From Azolla caroliniana (taxonomy: Eukaryota; Plantae; Polypodiophyta), in contig JBHGNT010000005.1 in the NCBI GenBank assembly GCA_043228905.1, forward strand, positions 23,560,001-23,624,000: a stretch of 64,000 bases of DNA, written 5' to 3'. The position numbers and the translations under genes were made by a program. How positions within the stretch are numbered: position 1 is the stretch's first letter; every line of letters begins with the position of its first letter. The notes below the pieces were generated by a model that did not search any database, was not told where the DNA came from, and saw nothing but the letters and a program-made list of their open reading frames with translations. Below, one piece after another: positions 21,665 to 35,508 of the stretch.

Positions 21665-24600
21665 TTGGCAGCGGGGGAAGGCGAATCCGAAGCATTTTCG
21701 GCATTTGAATCAGGTTCGGATGGGGAATACAACGCGGAGATGAACTACCGCAGCAGTAACGACACCCCAGGAGAACCAGAGGACGAGGAGTCGGATACCT
21801 TGCCGACACTGGAACCAGAATTGGTAAGATTGGAAACTCCGATACCGGAAGTTGACCACACACCGGAACCAAAAGTCGAGGATGAGAGACCTCCGACACC
21901 GGATGTCCAGGAGGAGAAGCCTCCGACACCAAAGAAGGAGCAAGAAAGATCTTCGACGGCGACAGAAGACCGGGAAAAACCTCCGACACCAAAAGAGGAG
22001 GAACGACCACCGACACCACCAGCCCGTGTACCGACACTAGACGACGATATGCCGTTCCAATATCCCAGATACCGGGATGATCCGGACGCGGAAGCCCACG
22101 TCCATGCGTTTCATCAGACTTGGGAGGCGAACCATGTGTCCCAACGCTTAAATGTAGCCGAAGAGGAACGCTCAAAAAGGGCAGAGTTCGGCATGACCTT
22201 GGAGGGACCGGCCGCCAGATGGCACCGAACACAAGATCCCAGCACCATCCCCACATTTGAAACATTAAAAACAAAATTTTTGCATTTCTTTCACAAGGAG
22301 ATGGACCAACGGGAAATGGTAGGCTTATTTTACAACATCCGGTAGGAACCAACGGAGAACATTCAACAGTTTGTCATCTGGTTCCAGCGGATCCACAGTC
22401 GGCTTAGCCGGACACCACCAGAGGAAGAAACAAAGGCCATATTCTTAGTAGTCCTCTAGGAACCCTTATGTACGGTGTGCGCCGTTATTGATTTCCGCAC
22501 CAGCAGCATAGATCAAGTGATCGACCGAGTTCGGGAAATGGAAACCTCAAGTTCATGGCTAACCATGGGCGCCCTTCAACGGGCACTACCAACGGAAGAG
22601 GACCTCTGTTTCCGGCAAGCAGTTCAGTGTACGACATGCCTGAATGCCGAACATTCGGCGCTGGAATGCACCATGCGTTCCCAATGCTTGCTTTGCCACT
22701 CCAGAAGTCACACAATGGAACGGTGTGAGTATAACTTGTTAAATCGGCAAGCACCACCGGTCCGGCAAATTGAACCACGAAGCAACCAGGAGGAAGAAGA
22801 AGAACGCTGGCAGCGAGAGGAGCGCTACCGACCGGCACAGGATGTTTGGTACAACAATTGAAGAGATGCTTATGACCGGTATGACAGACAGGATAGATAC
22901 CGGGACTATAATGGACGGTACGAGAGATACAACCGGGATCACTCCCCTGGATACAACCACCGAAGGGATGACTATGGCAAGTATGAAGACCAACACTATC
23001 AAGGTTACCGCAACAAAAGAATTTCAGTAAGAAACGTTATTTCAACAAAAAGGGGGGTCATCCACGCACTTACCCCTGGTCCTCCACCAAGCACACACGC
23101 CGAATCCAGCAATGCACGGAAGCCGTACTGCTATTATTGCCGGCAAGAAGGCCACTATAGTAATCAATGTCCGGCGAAGAGCTACGACAAGCGACCAACG
23201 GTGAACATGGTAGACGCGGAAGTCACGGACATACAACAAGTCACTACAAGATCAAAAGGCAAAGCCACGGAGTGGGAAACTCAAGAAGCCATTCGGAAGC
23301 AGGCAACTGAATGAGTGAAGAAGGCAAATGAGCGGAATGCGGTAGAGCTCGAACAACAAAAAGAGAATGACGAAGAGCTCACCGGCCCAGGGCAACCTGA
23401 AAACCCAACCTGGCAGGCGTTGCAAGAATGCCAAATAACGCTGTCGTTAGGCTAGCTATTGCAACCGGTACCACGCTTCACGGAAGGACTAAAGACCGGA
23501 AGGACGGCAGCTGGCGCACCACCGGCTCCGGCATTCTTTTCAAATTTGGAGGAAGGACCGGTAGTGGTGGACACAAGTAGTCCGACAATCACAACCATCG
23601 TGAAGGGAAAGGAGCTACTAGGCACGATTATCGATGGAGGATCCGACGTGAACGTGATCAGCCTCCGAACATGTAACACTCTAGGAATCCATGATTGGGA
23701 ACTGTGCCTGTTTTGGCTTCGGATGGCAGACACAAGCTCAGTACGACTGACCGGATTAATACTTGATCTGGAAGTAACCATCGGGGGTCACACATTTCAC
23801 ATTTCCGCAATAGTTCTCCAGCTACAGGCTCAGGGAGCTTACCCACTATTGTTGGGACACCCTTGGTTAAAAACAACACACATAAAGAAAACTGGAGGAA
23901 GAATATAATTACGTTTCGGCGTGGAAAAGCGAAAGTACGAGTACCGACTCAACCACAACCCGGTACCGGCAAGGAGTCAACGCCGCTATATGCGGAATGT
24001 GTCAACACGTTGGAAGGATTGGCGGATGAAGAGGTCAATCAATACTTACAGGAAAATCTGAAGATCGTACCTTTGTTTGAGATTGATTTAACCGAAGCAG
24101 TGTCACCATACATACTGCAACCGGACGGGACCGACGAGGAACCGTATAAAGAAGCAATCCGGGAATTACGGCAAGCACAGGAGGCACTGGAAAAAGAAAT
24201 GGCAGTATCACAGCGCGTGAAAGCATCCCAACTAGAAGAGGTAAACCTAGGTACCACAAAGGACACAAGACTGGTGCACATCGCCAAGGAAATGACTTCG
24301 GAGAACAAAACGGCAATGATCACACTCCTAAAAGAATTTCACGATGTGTTCACCTGGTCCTACGAGGACATGCCGGGACTCGATCCGCAGTTATGTCAAC
24401 ACCAGATACATCTGAGTAAAGACGCCAAACCGGTAGCGCAATGGCGTTACCGGATGAACCCGAATTACGCAGCAAAAGTCAAAGAAGAAATCGACAAGTT
24501 GCTAAGAGTGGGCTTCATCCGATCGGTAAAGAAAGCCACATGGCTCAGCCCGTTAGTGGTAGTACTCAAAAAAGAACGGTAAGATTAGAGTGTGCGTCGA

Positions 24601-25931
24601 CTACCGGAAATTAAATGCGGCTACGGTAACGGATGCCTTCCCACTTCCATTCACGGATGGAGTCCTGGATGCGGTCGCCGGTCATGAGGTCTATAGTTTT
24701 CTGGACGGTTTCAGCGGCTATAATCAGATCCAGATGCACCCCGCCGACCAGGAGAAAACCGCTTTTGTCACCGAATGGGGAGTTTTTGTTGCCGTAGTGA
24801 TGATGTTCGGATTGAAAACGGCGCCGACAACCTTCCAGCGGATCATCATGGAGATTTTCAGAGAATTCATTCCGGCATTCATGCAGGTGTTCTTGGACGA
24901 CTTCACTGTTTATAGCCAGGAAGGGGACCACCTTCAACACCTTCAACTATGTTTGGAGAAATGTAGGGGTTACCGACTAAGCTTGAACCCGGCAAAATGC
25001 GTGTTCGGAGTAAACAGCGGAGCGTTACTAGGCCACATAGTGAGCAAGGACGGTATCGTAGTGGATTCGGACAAAGTAAAAGCAATCCTGGAGGCATCTG
25101 CACCAGCCACGGCAAAGGCACTAAGCCGGTTCTTGGGACAAATTTGATGGCATAGCCGAATGCTCCGGTATCTAGCAGACCTGGCTACACCACTGCATGC
25201 CGCGGTACATCGGACACCGTTCCGATGGACGGACACAAATGACTAGGCTTAACGGGCACTAAAAGTACTGTTGTCACAAGCGCCGGTGGTGCAACCTCCA
25301 GATTGGTCTAAAGAGTTCCATGTGTTCGTTGATGAGTCCGACATTGCAATCGAAAGCGCGCTGATGCAACTTACAGAGCCGAAATGGTACCGGCCAGTCT
25401 ATTATGCCAACCGGATGCTGTCCCAAGCGGAACGTAATTATTCCACGACAGAAAGGGAGGCTTTGGGTATGATCTACAGTGTCACCAAGTTTAGACACTA
25501 TCTGTTGGGAAGGAAATTTTCCTTTCACGTAGATCATTTGGCGCTCCTCTATTTGGTGTCCAAAGCATCACTCACCGGTAAGCTGACCTGGTGGATGTTA
25601 CTACTGCAAGAATTCGAGTTCGAGATATTCCATCGACCCGGCATACAACATGCGGTAGTGGACTATTTAAGCCGATTGGATTCCGGCGAAACCGGTGACG
25701 GAGTCCCAGACGACTTTCCGGATGCAAAGCTGTTTAGAGTCACAACAGAAACGGCAACGGATAGTACGGTCGCAGAGGAAGACAAGTGGCTTACTAACAT
25801 GCACCAATTTCTAAGCACCGGTTTACCTCCGGAGGAGATGAACAAAGACGAGACGAAACGCTTAGCAGTTCAAAGCCGACACTTCTGTCTATTACAGGAC
25901 ACCCTATACCACAAAGGCGCAGATGGCATAT
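21665..25931 (+). pseudogene. Element B gag-PR-RT-RNase H (stops and frameshifts); N-terminus at 15659-15891
   Basis: EGPAARWH gag; IIDGGSDVNVI protease; CVDYRKLN...FLDGFSGYNQI...VFLDDF RT; FHVFVDESD...NYSTTEREAL RNase H. Confidence 0.9.
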
Positions 25932-26479
25932 GGGTAAAAGCATGCGAGTGGAAACACTATTATAGCTAGTTAGCTACTAAAATGGACATAGCTAATTAGC
26001 TATTTGTTTAGCTAGTCTTTTTTGTGGGAAAATCAAATATTTGAAAAACTAATTTATGAAAAAACTCAAATATTTGAGCTTCTGTTTCAGACGTAGTGGA
26101 ACTTGGGGAATAACACCATCATCTAAGGTCGACTTCAATGTCATCAATCTCCTGTTTAGCCTAAGTTTGATTTTGAACGCAGATGGAGAACTCAGAGCAC
26201 GAACGCAAACGTAGCTCCCGCAACAGCAGAAAATCGACATTGCAGATTGAGAGCTACAACACGGAACCCGCTCGATCATCGTCCAGGTATGTTTCAGTTA
26301 CAGAAACCCCAAACATTTGTTTTTTCTTTTTGACTACTGTCTGAACTTTGATGCCAATTCATATTTCCCCAAAATCGAATAGGGCGAAGTCCTTGGAGTC
26401 CCATACAAGGATGTCTTGCAGATCGGGGAGTAGTAGCAGGTGTGTTTATATTACTTTTTTTGTGTTTAATCTTGTCTTT

Positions 26480-26940
26480 AGTGATGATTGGGGTTTCTGA
26501 TTGAAATTTCTAATTAGGGTTTTTGTTTATAAATTTCTGATTAGAATTTCTGATTAGGGTTTGTGATTGAAATTTCTGATTAGGGTTCCTGTTTGAAATT
26601 ACTGATTAGGGTTTTTGATTATAAATTTCTGATTAGAATTTCTGAATAGGGTTTTTGTTTATAAATTTCTGTTTAGGATTTCTGATTAGGGTTTGTGATT
26701 GAAATTTCTGATTAGGGTTTTTGATTGAAATTTCTGATTAGGGTTTTTGATTGAAATTTCTGATTAGGGTTTTTGATTATAAATTTCTGATTAGAATTTC
26801 TAAATAGGGTTTTTGGTTACAAACTTCTGATTACAGATTTTGATTAGGGTTTCTGATTTCAAACTTCTGATTACAGATTTTGATTAGGGTTTCTGATTTC
26901 AAATTTCTGAATACAAATTATGATTAGGGTTTCTGATTTG
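26480..26940. repeat. Tandem repeats containing ATTAGGGTTT (telomere/telobox-like) in an intron of the cargo gene
   Basis: Repeated CTGATTAGGGTTTTTGATTGAAATTT units between a GT donor (~26439) and the TTTCAG acceptor at 27028. Confidence 0.8.
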
Positions 26941-27028
26941 CTAAGTTAAAGATTTTGCACCATTTTTGTTGTTGTTTATTGGGGTTTCTGATTTTGCACT
27001 ATTTCTTATTTTTGAAATGATATTTCAG

Positions 27029-28310
27029 ATGGCTCGTTCCTCCGTATCCGAGAGTGCTAAACTTCGCAAAATTTTGTGAGACAAAGGAGGACTTCCACAA
27101 CACCTATGGTCTGTCACTCGAGGGTGTTGACCCTGTTGTCCTAAGTGATAAATTGATCAGTGATGTAGATTGGATGACAGTATATACAGTGCCTAGAGTC
27201 AAAGGCAAGGTCAAGCTGAAGCATGTACGAGCCGACCGGTACGATGACTGCATGAGGCTGCACCAGAAAGTTCATCAGGAGATCCCAGTCAACAATGAGT
27301 TGTCAGTTTCATTAGCTAGAGCATTTGCATATGAGTACTACAAAACAACGAAGGAATCCAGAGACCCTGAAATGTATAGGGTAGCTTGGGTAGTCTATGG
27401 TGAGGCATCGGTAAAAAGATGCCGAAAGATGGGGACCTTGGCACAAAAAATAGATAGATTTTGGAGCATGGTAGCTGTTGATGCAACTGCCGACTCCCAG
27501 CAAGACCGGGGGCATACACCACACCGACACCCAAGGAAAGCCAATGTCGATGATCCAGGTGAGACATTGGCATTTTTTAAGACTGATTTAGAGAAAGCCA
27601 CACTGGCTTCTGCAATGGAGAGCAAAGTTACTTCCGCTGTTACAACGATTAGAAATAAGATTCAGGTAACTATTGTTTTGCTGGTATGTGATTGTGTTAT
27701 AAATAACTTTGAGGGTAAAATGTGCTAATCAAGCATTATCTGGAATAGGTTGCGCAACAGGAGCTTGAATTAGAGGGGCCACTGGATCCCCAACGTAAAA
27801 TACAACTGCAAATAGAGATCCAGGTTCTTTCAATGAACCTGGACCTTCTAGGTGTAAATACTGTTGTAGATTACAATTTGGATAAGCTTCAAGTAAGTTA
27901 ACAATTCCTGAGCAAAGTTGGTGTATCTTTCAACAACAGGAATAATTAATCGGTAAATTTCTCTGTTGCGTTGAAGGAACAATACATTCATCAAGAACAG
28001 GAAGTTAGCTGTCTTAAGAAGCAGCTACATTTTGTGGAGGGAATGGTAAGGACCAGACAGGATTTGGACCTGAACATTCTTGCTCCCTTACCAAATGAGG
28101 CAGAACCAAAAAATGATTTATTGACAGTTCAAGCACGTTGCATCGCTTGCGGGTTAGGTGTGGAGGACAAAACTGCGTCTTTGTTGGTTCACCTACAACT
28201 ATGCAACCACACATACCATTTGCTTTGTTTTCAACATGCCTGTCGAATTGCTGCATTCTGTTTGGGAGATTGAAGTACAACTCTACCAAATGAGTGGAGA
28301 AAACTAATAG
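27029..28310 (+). pseudogene. Sola2 cargo gene part 1: unknown domain, coiled coil and RING-like zinc finger
   Basis: Exons flanked by GT/AG (27029-27666, 27749-27892, 27978-). CIACG...LCNHTYHLLC...FC resembles a RING-H2 finger. Confidence 0.55.
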
Positions 28311-28319
28311 GTATACCAT

Positions 28320-30080
28320 ACTGTAGCTAATAAGCTTAGTCTTTTCTAATTAGCTAAGCCGTCAAAAGTATGGAAACTATTTTGTTGCTATCGTTGTAGC
28401 TAATTAGCTACTACCATAGTTGATTAAAGTAGCTAATAGCTATCCTATTAGTTAATTAGCTACTGCCATAGTTTACTACAATAGTTAATTAGCTAAGTGG
28501 CAGCTAGTTACCTACTAGCTAATTAGCTATCCTACTGGCAGCTAATTAGCTAATGCCAGCTAGTTAGCTACTAGCTAATTAGCTACTCATAGCTAATTAG
28601 CTAGCACCATAGTTGTGTAAAGTAGCTAATTAGCTATCCTACTAGCTAATTAGCTACTGGCAACTAATGAGCTACTAGTTAATTAGCTATCCTAGTAGCT
28701 AATTAGCTATGGTACTAGCTAATTAGCTAGTACCATAGTTGTGTAAAAAAGCTAATTAGCTATCCTACTAGCTAATTAGCTACTAACAACTAATTAACTA
28801 TCCTACTAGCTAATTAGCTATCCTAGTAGCTAATTAGCTACTGCCATAGTTGTGTAAAGTAGCTAATAAGCTATCCTAGTAGCTAATTAGCTACTGGCAG
28901 CTAATTAGCTATCCTAGTAGCTAATTAGCTATTGGCAGCTAATTAGCTATCCTAGTAGCTAATAAGCTATCCTAGCTACTACATAGTTGAGAAAGTAGCT
29001 AATTAGCTATCATTGTAGCTAATTAGCTATCCTACTAGCTAATTAGCTATCCTAGCTACTACCATAGTTAGTAAAGTAGCTGATTAGCTATCCTAGCTAC
29101 TACCATAGTTGAGTAAAGTAGTTAATTAGATATCCTAGTTACTACCATAGTTGAGTAAAGTAGCTAATTAGCTACCATAGTAGCTAATTAGCTATCCTAG
29201 CTACTACCATAGTTGAGTAAAGTAGCTAATTAAAGTAGCTAATTAAAGTAGTTAATTAGCTACCATAGTAGCTAATTAGCTATCCTAGCTACTACCATAG
29301 TTGAGTAAAGTAGCTAATTAGCTATCGTACTAGCTAATTAGCTATCCTAATTAGCTATCCTAATTAGCTATCATATTGCTAATTAGCTATCGTACTAGCT
29401 AATTAGCTATCCTAGCTTCTACCATAGTTTAGTAAAGTAGCTAATTAGCTATCCTAAATAGCTGCCATGTTATTGTACAATCTTGTAGATTAAGGACGTC
29501 ACATGATGTGTCTAGTGTTGATGACGCTGCAACAGATGAGGATACTGCTGCCAACGTGGCTGAAAGTAAGAGTCCTGCTATCACATCTCCTTCAGATTAG
29601 CTCCACCCTATTCTTTTGGAACAGTGTACTGAATTAGGCAACGATGTGAAATGCCATGAAATAGTGGAAACAACATGTAAAACTGAGGTTCACAACAACA
29701 ATGTTTATGAACACTTGATGCAACATTTCTTCGAATCTCAAGACCTTGATTCCACTCCCTCGAGCCCAACTACCGAAAATGTCAACAACAATGAAATAGT
29801 GGAAATAGTGGAAACAACATGTAAAACTGAGGTTCACAACAACAATGTTTATGAACACTTGATGCAACATTTCTTCGAATCTCAAGACCATAGTAGCTAA
29901 TTAGCTATCCTAACTACTACCATAGTTGAGTAAAGTAGCTAATTAGCTATCATACTAGCTAATTAGCTATAGTAATTAGCTATCATACTGCTAATTAGCT
30001 ATCGTACTAGCTAATTAGCTATCCTAGCTTCTACCATAGTTTAGTAAAGTAACTAATTAGCTATCCTAAATAGCTACCAT
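28320..30080. repeat. Array of the 14-bp palindrome TAGCTAATTAGCTA, including a ~612-bp segmental duplication
   Basis: Dozens of copies are visible. The exon 29489-29780 is duplicated at 30101-30392 (ORFs at 29616 and 30228 start identically). Confidence 0.9.
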
Positions 30081-30796
30081 GTTATTGTAGAATCTTGTAG
30101 ATTAAGGACGTCACATGATGTGTCTGGTGTTGATGACGCTGCAACAGATGAGGATACTGCTGCCAACGTGGCTGAAAGTAAGAGTCCTACTATCACATCT
30201 CCTTCAGATTAGCTCCACCCTATTCTTTTGGAACAGTGTACTGAATTAGGCAACGATGTGAAATGCCATGAAATAGTGGAAACAACATGTAAAACTGAGG
30301 TTCACAACAACAATGTTTATGAACACTTGATGCAACATTTCTTCGAATCTCAAGACCTTGATTCCACCCCATCGAGCCCAACTACTGAAAATGTCCAAAC
30401 AGATCCCTCTGTACTTGAAAAGCTAGTTCAAGAAACGGCTGATGTGCAATTAGCTGCTGAGGCGATGGGAAGGTTGTCGGAGGAGGACACACTTGCGCAT
30501 TGGGTGAAAGAAGCAAAGCTAAATGGGGAACCGACCAGAAAAAGGCTGAAGAAGGGGCCACGATCGGGAACAAGACCAGTTACTCGGTCAAGGGGCCCAA
30601 ACGTAGTGGAGCGAAATACTGTTTAGTTGGATATGATTGTTAGCTTAGGGATTTTGCTAGGGTTTTATGAAGTTTTACTATCCTGTTGGACAAGTAAAAC
30701 CTCAGATTGGTTGTTGCTTGATCCACATTATGTAATGGAACTCTATGATGTTTTTCCAAGATAATTTGAAGAGTGTTGTTCTATGACTGAAACTCT

Positions 30797-31795
30797 TTGA
30801 TGTTCAGGATGTTGTTTTGTGAGACTGTTAGTTACTTTGTGAGTGTGAATATGTTGGTGTTTTCTGATGTTGCAGAGTCTAAAGGGTTTGATTCTATTGC
30901 TCGTAAGGCCAATGGCAGTGTGGATACTGTTGATGTTGCAGCATGTTTAAAGGGCCCCATCTTGAAAGTAGATGTAGCAACTGACACAAGTGATCTGGTC
31001 ACACAAGTTGATCAAGCATGTTGCACAGATGACTTGGTGTTGGAGGTAGATGCAGCATGTGATACCAGTGGACTGATATCGAGCAGATCAGTAGCTACAT
31101 GCACCGAGGTAATCCAAGGATTGATAACTAAGTCGACAAAACAAGAGCACCAGAATTTGAAGCCAGGACCAACACAGTCGACTAGGGGTTTGAAGAGGAA
31201 AAGGATGCCAGTTGTGTCGACCGAACCTGAGCTGATTGAGATTGATCGTATACTACCAGAAAATGGTGTAACAGCGGCTCAGTTTCAGGAATGGAAACCT
31301 AAACCACTAGAAGTCGAAAGAAGAGCCTTGATCTTGGAGCTTGATAAAGTCTTGATGAGTGTGAGATATATGCAGCCAAGGAGGGACACGAATCAGTTTC
31401 TAGAGTGGGCTGTGCAATACTTTGATTTGTTTATTTGGAGTGAAAAACCAAAATCAGATGTGTGGAAGTGTTTAGCAAGATTCTTCCCAAAATGGCGAAG
31501 TCGTTTTAAAGGTCAATGGGCACAAGAAAATTGTGAGCAAATGGAAGCTGCAAGATTAAAGAGACTTTCTGATTTTTGGGCTACTTGGCCTGAATATAAT
31601 GCCGACAATACATTGATTTTGGATATAGAACATTTCCGGCACTACTTCAATATTCGGAGATGCTGTCTCATTCTACCCGAGGAAATGCCTGAACAGTACC
31701 TGGTGCAAACAGTGAGCTGCCAACTAGGTGCATGGTTGTGGACTCCATACCGAGCTCGATATGCGGATAATATATATGTAGACTCGTTCCATTGA
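30797..31795 (+). CDS. Sola2 cargo: FCP1/NIF-like HAD phosphatase-domain protein (DxDxT degenerate)
   Basis: RALILELDKVL...RRDTNQFLEWAVQYFDLFIWS...WAQENC...KRLSDFW...YNADNTLILD matches the motif layout of NIF/SCP/FCP1 domains. Confidence 0.7.
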   Translation: MMFRMLFCETVSYFVSVNMLVFSDVAESKGFDSIARKANGSVDTVDVAACLKGPILKVDVATDTSDLVTQVDQACCTDDLVLEVDAACDTSGLISSRSVATCTEVIQGLITKSTKQEHQNLKPGPTQSTRGLKRKRMPVVSTEPELIEIDRILPENGVTAAQFQEWKPKPLEVERRALILELDKVLMSVRYMQPRRDTNQFLEWAVQYFDLFIWSEKPKSDVWKCLARFFPKWRSRFKGQWAQENCEQMEAARLKRLSDFWATWPEYNADNTLILDIEHFRHYFNIRRCCLILPEEMPEQYLVQTVSCQLGAWLWTPYRARYADNIYVDSFH

Positions 31796-32199
31796 CTAGC
31801 AAGAGCTTAGCTGTTTATAGGAGATTTGTAGACATTTCCAATGGTAATTTATAAATATGTAAAGAGATGACATTATTCAATGAAGAATTTAATTCCTTGT
31901 TCCCACTGTACTTATCTATTGTGTAATTTGAGGAATATGTTGCAGATTGTTGATTTCATGTTATTGATGACTATTTAGCTATTGACAACTAATTAGCTGC
32001 ATTTGTACAGCTAATTAGCTACTGGTGACTATTTCACTATAACTTATAACTTAAAATTGAACAAAAAAGACATGATTTTATTGAGAAAGAAGCACAGAAA
32101 GCAGACTGTATACAAGAAATTGATTCTCAAACGAATTTATTTAACTGTTTTCGCGAAATACATGTTTGTTTTACAAGAGAACATGGTAAGTGCTACTTG

Positions 32200-35100
32200 T
32201 AGCTACAAATTCCATGGCATACTATTGTAAATACATTCATACACATTAGCACCAACAGTGTATAAACCTGAGCAGCTATTGTATTCTGACATTGGGACGT
32301 TGATGCACCTGACCAAATGAGAGTACATGTACGCCGCTGGTTTGTCTTCTAACAACCTGTACACATATTCGTAGTCATCTAGTTTTGCATAAAAAATGCC
32401 TTCGATGTAGAATGTCCCGGCAGATACAAAATTTCCCCATGCATCTACAATATTCTACCTTGCACACTGTTTACTAACCGTGCACTTCAATATATAGAAA
32501 TCAACACCCTCTGAATTGCCTTCTTCAGCATTTACAGCGAAGTTATCCCCAACGTTCAGGATATCACTCAAAGTATCTCCAAGTTCCTCATATGTGAAGT
32601 CAGCATTCTGCCCTGTTTCTCCATCAACTGCTTCCTTATCATTCAGAGTGTGATACTCCCAATTCTGAATGTATGCTTTGTTTAGACAATATCTCCAATT
32701 TCCCTGCACACAATGGAAGCAAAAACAAGTAAATTCTCTAACCGCAATACAATGACCATCCAACCTGGAATAACCGCGAACAACATGCAGAGATCACAAT
32801 TCGGGAATTCCTTGGCACTCCCAAGTCTTCTCCCTATTTACTTCATCTATCTTCACTTCCCAAAATTCACGTTTGATATCTCGGACTTGCGAGGAATAAA
32901 CACCTGTTGCACTCATTGACATATTTGTTCTTAAAAATTCAACTACATGTGATGCACAATTCATGTGCACACCATCTGTCTTTAGTTGTTCATCGGTAAG
33001 TGCCCGCTTTATAACAGCCCCTGCACCATCATGTTCACCTTTACCATGGCCAGACCCAAAAAAATTCCATCTCATCTCCAAACCTGTTATAGCAGGATAC
33101 CTCCCCACAAAATAAAATGGACGTCGAGCCTTGAATTGTGACGCCGCTCCGTCAGACCACACCCAATGTTGAGTAAGCTCCAAACGTTGAGCTAATAACC
33201 ACTGCCAATGTAACTTAAAATAGTGTTGGACGAACAAGGTATCATGCTTCTTATCATCGGAAATAAAGAAATGAATTACTTTTTTAACATCACCTAAAAC
33301 TCGAAAATATGTTATGTGCACAAAAATGGTTACCTGAACTGAACACCAATGCATAGATTGAATTTCATTCTGCTGCTTGAAAGTATAATTCTCTGCGAAA
33401 TCTACTACTGAGACTACTACATCAGTTGGGAAATCAGATATGCAAGTCTTAAACTGATGGGCCTGCCATGAATAAATGAAGTTGTGTTTAATGAACTTTC
33501 CTAGAGATACTACAAACAAAGACACCAAATCCCTTGGTTTAAGCATCTTCCGAACTAGATCCTTTCTTTTACACACCTTTCCTTCAAAATTGGTGTTCAC
33601 TGACCCAAAGAACTTCACAGAGATCAATATTTCACTACTCAATTCATTTGGACACCACCTAAATCTAGTAGGGCCACAATCTTGACATAAACCCATGACA
33701 CATTTATGAATATGGAAGATAACGTCAGTTTCTCTCGGACACAATATTGAATCTAATAAATAACTCATGGAAGAGATAACGTGCTCAGATGATTTACACT
33801 CCTCTTGCGGGCTTGATCGACAGATTGGGCACCCACATGTGCAAACTGTATTAGTTAGGGATGCGCTATGGTGACGTAGTAGATTAATAGAGTCCTTCAG
33901 AAAACCCATCTGTACATGGTAAATGCAACAACATGTGTATCGATCCTTTAAGCGTCTCACAAAGTGTGGCTTAAGAGACTCGAATGTTCGTAGTTGAACT
34001 TTGGTAGTTGGATGCATTCGTTTGAACCTAATAAATAAATCGACCTGCGTAATAAAGGGGAATTAGTTATTCTCGTAACTAGCTAACTATCCTAGTAGCT
34101 AATTAGCTATTCTAGTAGCTAATTAGCTATTCTAGTAGCTTATTAGCTATTCTAGTAGCTTATTAGCTGTCATGGTAGCTAATTAGCTGTCCTAGTAGCT
34201 AATTAGCTCTCATGGTAGCTAATTAGCTCTCCTGGTAGCTAATTAGCTATCATGGTAGCTAATTAGCTATCCTAGTAGCTAATTAGTTGTCCTGGTAGCT
34301 AATTAACTAGTCTAGTAGCTGGTCTAGTAGCTAATTAGCTATCATGGTGGCTAATTAGTTGTCCTAGTAGATAATTAGCTATCATGGTAGCTAATTAGCT
34401 TTCCTAGTAACTAATTAGCTATCATGGTAGCTAATTAGCTGGTCTAGTAGCTAATTAGCTATCACGGTGGCTAATTAGCTGTCCTAGTAAGCTAATTAGC
34501 TATCATGGTAGCTAATTAGCTTTCCTAGTAGCTAATTAGCTGGTAATAACGAAATAGCTAACTAGCTACCATGATAGCTAACTAGCTACCAGGACAGCTA
34601 ATTATCTGGTAGTACCTAAATTAGCTATTGAGAATAGCTAATTAGCTATCATGGTAGTAGCTATTGAGAGTAGCCAGTTACCTATGTAGTAGCTATCCTA
34701 GTAGCTAACTGAGGTAAATGTAATTGATAAGCTAATTAGCTTTTCTGCTAACTGAGCTAATTAACTTTCCGTTTAGAGTCAAAACAAATGTTGAGATAAA
34801 TGTAAATACCTGAGGTACATCAAGAAGATGAATGGGATGCTCGTATTGATTTCTTCCAACACGTTTCCTGCATAAATCCTTTTTATTGGGTGAAACCCTA
34901 CTCTCATTAGTCCAAAACATTATGATTACATCCTTGATTTCAAATGTTATGGGTATCATTGGCTTACATCTTGTAGTTAACTTTAGTAGACTAGTTCCTT
35001 CACCCGAGGAAATTATACAGTTCATTGTATTGTACACTGTTTTTCTACTAACACCAATTACCTTAGATAGCTCAGTGATGTTTATATCGTCAACATCACT

Positions 35101-35508
35101 ATTAAGTAACATCATTAGACTAGACCTTTTTAAGACAAGATCAGCTTCTGACCTGCTCATGGATACGAAACTATTACGAAGATTATTTACTAAAATAGAT
35201 GATATGTTTGCATTAAGACCATCACAATCAACTAAGTCCTTTATCGATGGATCATTACATATTCCATAAAGTACTACCTTCTTTTCTTCATTGCTGATGT
35301 GCTTGATTTGAACATTGAAATAGTCTACAACCTTTCTCTCTATGATGGTAGTCGCATTACTTACATTCTCAGCTAAACTATCCTTACCTTTACTGAGTGT
35401 GGCTTTCGTAACCTTCAACAATTGATGATGTTTCCTTTTTTTTTTCTGCCCAATAGTTTCGTATGGCTTGTTGTGTCCTGATAGCATCATCCCTATCCTT
35501 ATGATCAT
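32200..35508 (-). pseudogene. Sola2 DDD transposase, two exons, with in-frame stops near the C-terminus
   Basis: Exons 35508-34810 and 34044-~32200, joined by a phase-0 GT-AG intron (DVPQ|VDLF). Motifs DFAENY, EIQSMHW, ISDDKKHD, WSDGAASQFK, WNFFGSGHGKGEHDG. Stops at 32794 and 32455 are in frame. Confidence 0.88.
34075..34765. repeat. TAGCTAATTAGCTA palindrome array filling the transposase intron
   Basis: 20-bp periodic units such as CCTAGTAGCTAATTAGCTAT. Confidence 0.9.

Noticed and set aside
28320-34765. Palindromic arrays as a CRISPR-like locus
   Set aside because: There are no unique fixed-length spacers and no cas genes; the arrays lie in eukaryotic introns.
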